A DNA stretch of 35,838 bases from Pseudomonadota bacterium (GTDB taxonomy: Bacteria; Pseudomonadota; Gammaproteobacteria; Burkholderiales; Nitrosomonadaceae). A program made the translations under genes and the position numbers. The stretch lies in contig JAFEEV010000222.1 in NCBI GenBank assembly GCA_018240935.1, positions 1 through 35,838 of the forward strand, written 5' to 3'. The first letter of the stretch is position 1. Each line of letters starts with the position of its first letter. The notes beneath the pieces were generated by a model. It was given only the letters and a program-made list of their open reading frames with translations, did no database searches and was not told where the DNA came from. This document shows positions 29,974 through 35,838 of this stretch, piece by piece.

Positions 29974-30542
29974 GCTAATAATTTATCCTTCTTGCTCGAA
30001 AATAAACGAATTAATCCGATGCCCACCAACAGCATCGCGTAGGTTTGGGGTTCTGGTACTGCCACAACAGGCACGTCGCCGACATGAACTGGCCAAACAT
30101 CGAAATCACTTAATGATAGATACACATCACCTGGATAAAATTCGTTTGTTGATGGTCTGTATCCATAAGGGGAGCCGCTCGCAGTTGCTTTATCAACCCA
30201 GTACCAGGCATTCCATGCGCTCATATCGGTATCCAATGGCGGGTATGGAATCAACATCCATGGAATGGAGTGGTCGGAGTGTGAGAATATAAATGCTGAA
30301 AATTCTGAAAGTGCCGGTATTTCCCAGTCACTAGTTCCGCCGAGCGTAAAAGTTGAAAGAAAACTTACTTGCTCAAAAAATGGCTTGCCCGGTATTGTGT
30401 ATACTGGCGCCGCCCAAGTTAGCCCTGTATCCGTATCGTAGTAAGCCATCCCGCTCAACCGGGATTCGAGTGTTGCGCTTGCTGTTGATGCAGCAACCAT
30501 AAGAACGGCCACTAAAATTCCATTGATTATTTTTATTGTCAC
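29970..30542 (-). CDS. PEP-CTERM exosortase substrate with a DUF1566/Lcl-like domain
   Basis: Signal peptide; YYDTDTGLTW...WEIP...E; C-terminal VPEPQTYAMLLVGIGLI plus a basic tail; AAGGAG lies 6 nt before GTG 30542. Confidence 0.85.
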   Translation of the reverse strand: MTIKIINGILVAVLMVAASTASATLESRLSGMAYYDTDTGLTWAAPVYTIPGKPFFEQVSFLSTFTLGGTSDWEIPALSEFSAFIFSHSDHSIPWMLIPYPPLDTDMSAWNAWYWVDKATASGSPYGYRPSTNEFYPGDVYLSLSDFDVWPVHVGDVPVVAVPEPQTYAMLLVGIGLIRLFSSKKDKLLA

Positions 30543-30600
30543 TTTCAACTCCTTTTAGTCATTTTTATCCAGCTTTGCACTTACACTCATCTTCCCTGCA

Positions 30601-31005
30601 TCAATATTGCAATTCAAATACATTACTATTCTTGATTTTTCTATTTGTAGCGCTCTTAAACACTGCTTTAAAAATGTTTTCCTGACTCTGAAATCCTTCT
30701 TTCGGCATTGCGACAACCTCTTTAAAATGCGCAGCCTTTCCTAAAGATATTCCTGATAAATCAATATCAAAAGGAATTTTATTGTCATCTCTCATTTGTC
30801 CTTTCCCAATTGCCAACCATTTAGGATTACAATCAAGCTCATCTGATTGATCAAAAATTTTCCCCGCAGGGATGCTTCTTCTTTCTCAATTTGTGAGCAG
30901 TTGCTCAAGTAGATCCAAATGGTGATCTATGTCGGCATAAGTTCTGATGTGCGAGCACTTTGCTCGTGCGGCAATAAAAAGTCTCCCCAAGTCTGTTTGT
31001 TTCAT
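30601..31005 (-). pseudogene. Phage CI/XRE-type HTH repressor with an internal nonsense codon
   Basis: ATG 31005 reads MKQTDLGRLFIAARAK...EQLLTN*ERRSIPAGKIFDQSDELDCNPKWLAIGKGQM..., in frame with ORF 30601..30816; TGA at 30886..30888 sits at the conserved Trp position. Confidence 0.75.
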
Positions 31006-31056
31006 CCGGTTTTTTTCTCATAGCTCAATTCTAGTTTTTATCTAATAGAAAATTAG

Positions 31057-31199
31057 GGAAACGCTCATTAATTGACTACACGAGCGAATCGCTTCGTTGC
31101 GCGGTACTCACTCTCTCGACTATCTAGTGGATATGTCTCGGTTGCTGTGTTCCGTGCGACTCGTGCTTCGTCTCATTCGTCCAATTAATTAGCGCTTCC
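31057..31199. mobile_element. MITE family B (143 bp)
   Basis: TIR GGAAACGCTCATTAATT / AATTAATTAGCGCTTCC (15/17); TTAG on both sides (31053..31056, 31200..31203); interior unrelated to family A. Confidence 0.85.
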
Positions 31200-31332
31200 T
31201 TAGAATTGTAAGTCGATATACTCCAAGAAAATTCATACTTTAATTGCATTTCTCTATCAGACACAAATAACAAGTATTCAAGCGAGTTCGTACGTTTTTT
31301 GCAACTTATTGCTATTAGTGCGAAACATTAAA

Positions 31333-32895
31333 TCATTCCCACTCAATCGTTGCCGGCGGCTTGCCGGAAATATCGTAAACCACGCGGTTGATACCGCGGA
31401 TTTCGTTGATGATGCGGTTGGAAACCTTGCTCAACAGCGAGTACGGCAGTTCCGCCCAGTTGGCGGTCATGAAATCCTGCGTTTGCACGGCTCTGAGGGC
31501 AATGACGTATTCGTAGGTGCGTCCGTCTCCCATGACGCCGACGGATTTGACCGGCAGAAACACCGCGAACGCTTGCGAGGTTTTTTCGTACCAGCCGGCG
31601 TGTTGCAATTCCTCGATAAAAATGTGATCGGCTTGTCTCAACAGCTCAGCGTATTCGTATTTCACTTCGCCCAGAATGCGCACCCCCAAGCCGGGACCGG
31701 GGAACGGATGACGAAAAACCATTTCGCGCGGCAAACCCAGCACCAGTCCCAATTCGCGCACCTCATCCTTGAACAATTCGCGCAGCGGTTCGAGCAGTTT
31801 CAAATGCAACGTTTCCGGCAAGCCGCCGACGTTATGGTGCGATTTGATGGTGTGCGCTTTCTTGGTTTTACCGCCGGCGGATTCGATCACATCGGGATAG
31901 ATCGTACCTTGCGCCAGCCATCTGGCGTCGCTGATTGCGGCCGATTCGCGTTGGAATACTTCGACAAATTCCCGGCCGATGATTTTCCGTTTCATTTCCG
32001 GATCGGTAACGCCTGTAAGATTGCGATAGAAATCCCGGCTGGCGTCGACATGAATCACTTTGACCGCTAAGTTTTTCGCAAACGTTTCCATGACTTGCTT
32101 GGCTTCATTGGCGCGCAGCAAGCCGTTGTCGACAAACACACAGGTCAATTGATCGCCGATGGCGCGATGAATCAACGCCGCCGCGACCGAGGAATCCACG
32201 CCGCCGGACAACCCCAGAATCACCCGGTCGTTGCCCACCGCTGCGCGGATTTTACCGATCGCCTCTTCGACGTAATCCGGCATATTCCAATCGCGCCCGA
32301 TGCCGCAGATATCGTGCACGAAGCGGTCGATGATCGCCTTGCCTTGCAGCGTATGCGTTACCTCGGGGTGAAACTGGATGCCGTAGAAACGGCGCTTATC
32401 GTCCGCCATCGCGGCAATCGGCGTGGCGGCGTTACACGCCATCACGGCGAATCCGTCCGGCAACGAAACCACGGCGTCGCCATGACTCATCCAGACTTCC
32501 AGCAGTTTTTTCCCATCCTTATCCGCGCGGTCTTGGATATCCTGAAATAACGCGCCGTGCGGCGTCGTTTGCAGTTCGGCATAACCAAACTCGCGAACAG
32601 CGGCGTTTTCAACCGTACCGCCCAATTGTGCCGCCATCGTCTGCATACCGTAGCAAATGCCCAGCACCGGCACACCAAGTTCAAAAACGATTTGCGGCGC
32701 GCGCGGCGTTTCGTCTTCGGTAACCGAAGCGGGGCCGCCGGACAGAATAATGCCCTGCGGTGCGAAGGCTTTAATCAATTCGGGATCGGCATCGTACGGA
32801 TGCAATTCGCAATACACATTGGTTTCACGCACGCGCCGCGCAATCAACTGCGTGTACTGTGAACCGAAGTCCAGAATCAGGATTTTTTGATGCAT
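31333..32895 (-). CDS. guaA: GMP synthase (glutamine-hydrolysing)
   Basis: [44 protein letters not shown]. Confidence 0.98.
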   Translation of the reverse strand: MHQKILILDFGSQYTQLIARRVRETNVYCELHPYDADPELIKAFAPQGIILSGGPASVTEDETPRAPQIVFELGVPVLGICYGMQTMAAQLGGTVENAAVREFGYAELQTTPHGALFQDIQDRADKDGKKLLEVWMSHGDAVVSLPDGFAVMACNAATPIAAMADDKRRFYGIQFHPEVTHTLQGKAIIDRFVHDICGIGRDWNMPDYVEEAIGKIRAAVGNDRVILGLSGGVDSSVAAALIHRAIGDQLTCVFVDNGLLRANEAKQVMETFAKNLAVKVIHVDASRDFYRNLTGVTDPEMKRKIIGREFVEVFQRESAAISDARWLAQGTIYPDVIESAGGKTKKAHTIKSHHNVGGLPETLHLKLLEPLRELFKDEVRELGLVLGLPREMVFRHPFPGPGLGVRILGEVKYEYAELLRQADHIFIEELQHAGWYEKTSQAFAVFLPVKSVGVMGDGRTYEYVIALRAVQTQDFMTANWAELPYSLLSKVSNRIINEIRGINRVVYDISGKPPATIEWE

Positions 32896-32907
32896 GGAAA
32901 AGAAAGA

Positions 32908-34515
<1,608 letters not shown>

Positions 34516-34543
34516 TCAGATTATTCATTTTCTGGAGCACGTT

Positions 34544-34987
34544 ATGAAAATTTTTGTAATGACCGCGATCGTTTTGCTGCTCAGCACCAGCACGTATGCG
34601 CAGATTTACAAATGGGTCGACAAGAACGGTAAAACGCAATACACCGATCAACCGCCTCCGCCGGATGCCGCCAAAGACGAGCAAAGGTTAAATATCAAAT
34701 CCGCACCCGCCGCTGGAAGTCAAAACAAATCCGGTAATTTATCCGAACAACGCGAGGAATTCGACAAGCGGCGGCAACAGCAAAGAGAAGAAGACGCCAA
34801 GCAGCAAGCCAAATTGGAAGAAAACAAAAAAAAATGTATCGACGCCCAAACTCAGCTTAAAATGTACGCCGATTCGCCGCGTTTGACCGTTCCCGATGGA
34901 GCTGGCGGCTTAACGTATGTCGATGACGATCTGCGCCAAAGAAAAATTGCTGATGCCAGCAAAGCGGTCGCAACTTACTGCAAATAA
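34544..34987 (+). CDS. DUF4124 family exported protein
   Basis: GGAG RBS, signal peptide, IYKWVDKNGKTQYTDQPPP, coiled coil and two Cys. Confidence 0.9.
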   Translation: MKIFVMTAIVLLLSTSTYAQIYKWVDKNGKTQYTDQPPPPDAAKDEQRLNIKSAPAAGSQNKSGNLSEQREEFDKRRQQQREEDAKQQAKLEENKKKCIDAQTQLKMYADSPRLTVPDGAGGLTYVDDDLRQRKIADASKAVATYCK

Positions 34988-35011
34988 GAAAAAAATGCGT
35001 TTTTGAACGAG

Positions 35012-35838
35012 ATGACGGTATCCCGCAGCATATTGATTGTCTTTTTTCTCTTTCTGACAGGTACTCCGGTTTCGGCTGAAGTACCTGTTGCATATTCCGG
35101 ATCCGGTCATAGCGCGCAAGCGGAAGCAGCTTCATCCGCAGATCATGCGGCGAAACCCGGGATGCACTGGCAGATTCTGCCCGGTGAAGACCTTCCGCAG
35201 ATCGCCCGCCTGATGTTCCCGGACAATGCGCGTATGCGCGACGCCTTTATACGAGCGGTCATCCGCAAAAATCCGCAACTCTTTCCCGATGGCTTTTATC
35301 AACCCATCCCGGCTGGGACCACGGTCTACATCCCCGATTTGAGAACAATCGGCGCTCATGCAAAACCGGCGCGCAAATCGCACGCATCAAACGCTGCCCG
35401 CGCCAGCCAGAGACAACCGCAAGCACCGGCGCAATCGGCAGCGGAACCCGGTTTTAGTCACGATCATCCGGTATGGCAGCTACTAACACAGCTGGAAAAA
35501 ATCGCCGAAGAAGAAACTGAAGAGCTCAACAAGCTGCTCAATCGCATCGAATCCATCGAAAAACAGATTATCGCGATGCAGTCTTTGCTCTCTGCAAGCG
35601 TCGCGCCGGCCAACAAACCGCTTGCCGGAATTACACCTAGTGACCAGCCGGCAGAAACCACGCAGCAACCGCAACCTGCGCCCTCCCCGCCTGCCGCGCA
35701 GGCAGTAACGCCACCGCAATCCAATCCGCCTCAACCGGCCAATCCGGCTCTGCCGGTTGAAACCGGCGCCGCACCGGCGGAGTCCGCCTTATTCCCGGAT
35801 AACGTGTTACTGCTTGGAATTCTGCTGATACTTTTGAT
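35012..35838 (+). CDS. FimV-like/LysM-like exported protein (runs off the window end; absent from the ORF track)
   Basis: Open from ATG 35012: signal peptide, WQILPGEDLPQIAR...AVIRKNPQLF...IPAGTTVYIP, coiled coil, Pro/Gln-rich linker, start of a TM helix (VLLLGILLILL). Confidence 0.75.
   Translation, partial: MTVSRSILIVFFLFLTGTPVSAEVPVAYSGSGHSAQAEAASSADHAAKPGMHWQILPGEDLPQIARLMFPDNARMRDAFIRAVIRKNPQLFPDGFYQPIPAGTTVYIPDLRTIGAHAKPARKSHASNAARASQRQPQAPAQSAAEPGFSHDHPVWQLLTQLEKIAEEETEELNKLLNRIESIEKQIIAMQSLLSASVAPANKPLAGITPSDQPAETTQQPQPAPSPPAAQAVTPPQSNPPQPANPALPVETGAAPAESALFPDNVLLLGILLILL

Noticed and set aside
30886-30888. Selenocysteine or programmed readthrough at the in-frame TGA of the repressor
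   Set aside because: The position corresponds to a conserved Trp rather than Cys, no SECIS-like hairpin is evident, and a neighbouring gene also appears decayed.

Overview
This is a mostly housekeeping chromosomal region of a betaproteobacterium. A Nitrosomonas-like ammonia oxidizer is inferred from gene order and PEP-CTERM style; the sequence does not prove it. Core blocks are: rpoE-rseA-rseB-degP-glutaredoxin-lepA-lepB-DUF4845-rnc-era-pdxJ-acpS-nagZ-lpdA (minus strand), nadB, ygfX/ygfZ, DUF502, rpsO-pnp, dksA, tRNA-Pro/Arg/His, acnA, guaB-guaA, DUF4124 and a truncated FimV/LysM-like gene. Four accessory features stand out. (1) Non-autonomous ~140-bp IS5-type MITEs with three different terminal-repeat types insert at YTAR sites, twice at TAA stop codons, and stack in tandem. 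(2) A stand-alone dynamin-superfamily NTPase has an EHD-like G domain and two TM helices. (3) A decayed AT-rich phage-like islet downstream of guaA holds a nonsense-inactivated repressor, a PEP-CTERM protein and a frameshifted LprI fusion, next to an orphan Pycsar-effector-like membrane protein. (4) Small exported proteins include a Tat-exported beta carbonic anhydrase, a His-rich protein and an 8-Cys miniprotein. I found no CRISPR array, rRNA, transposase or integrase. All family assignments come from motif recognition by eye, not database searches.
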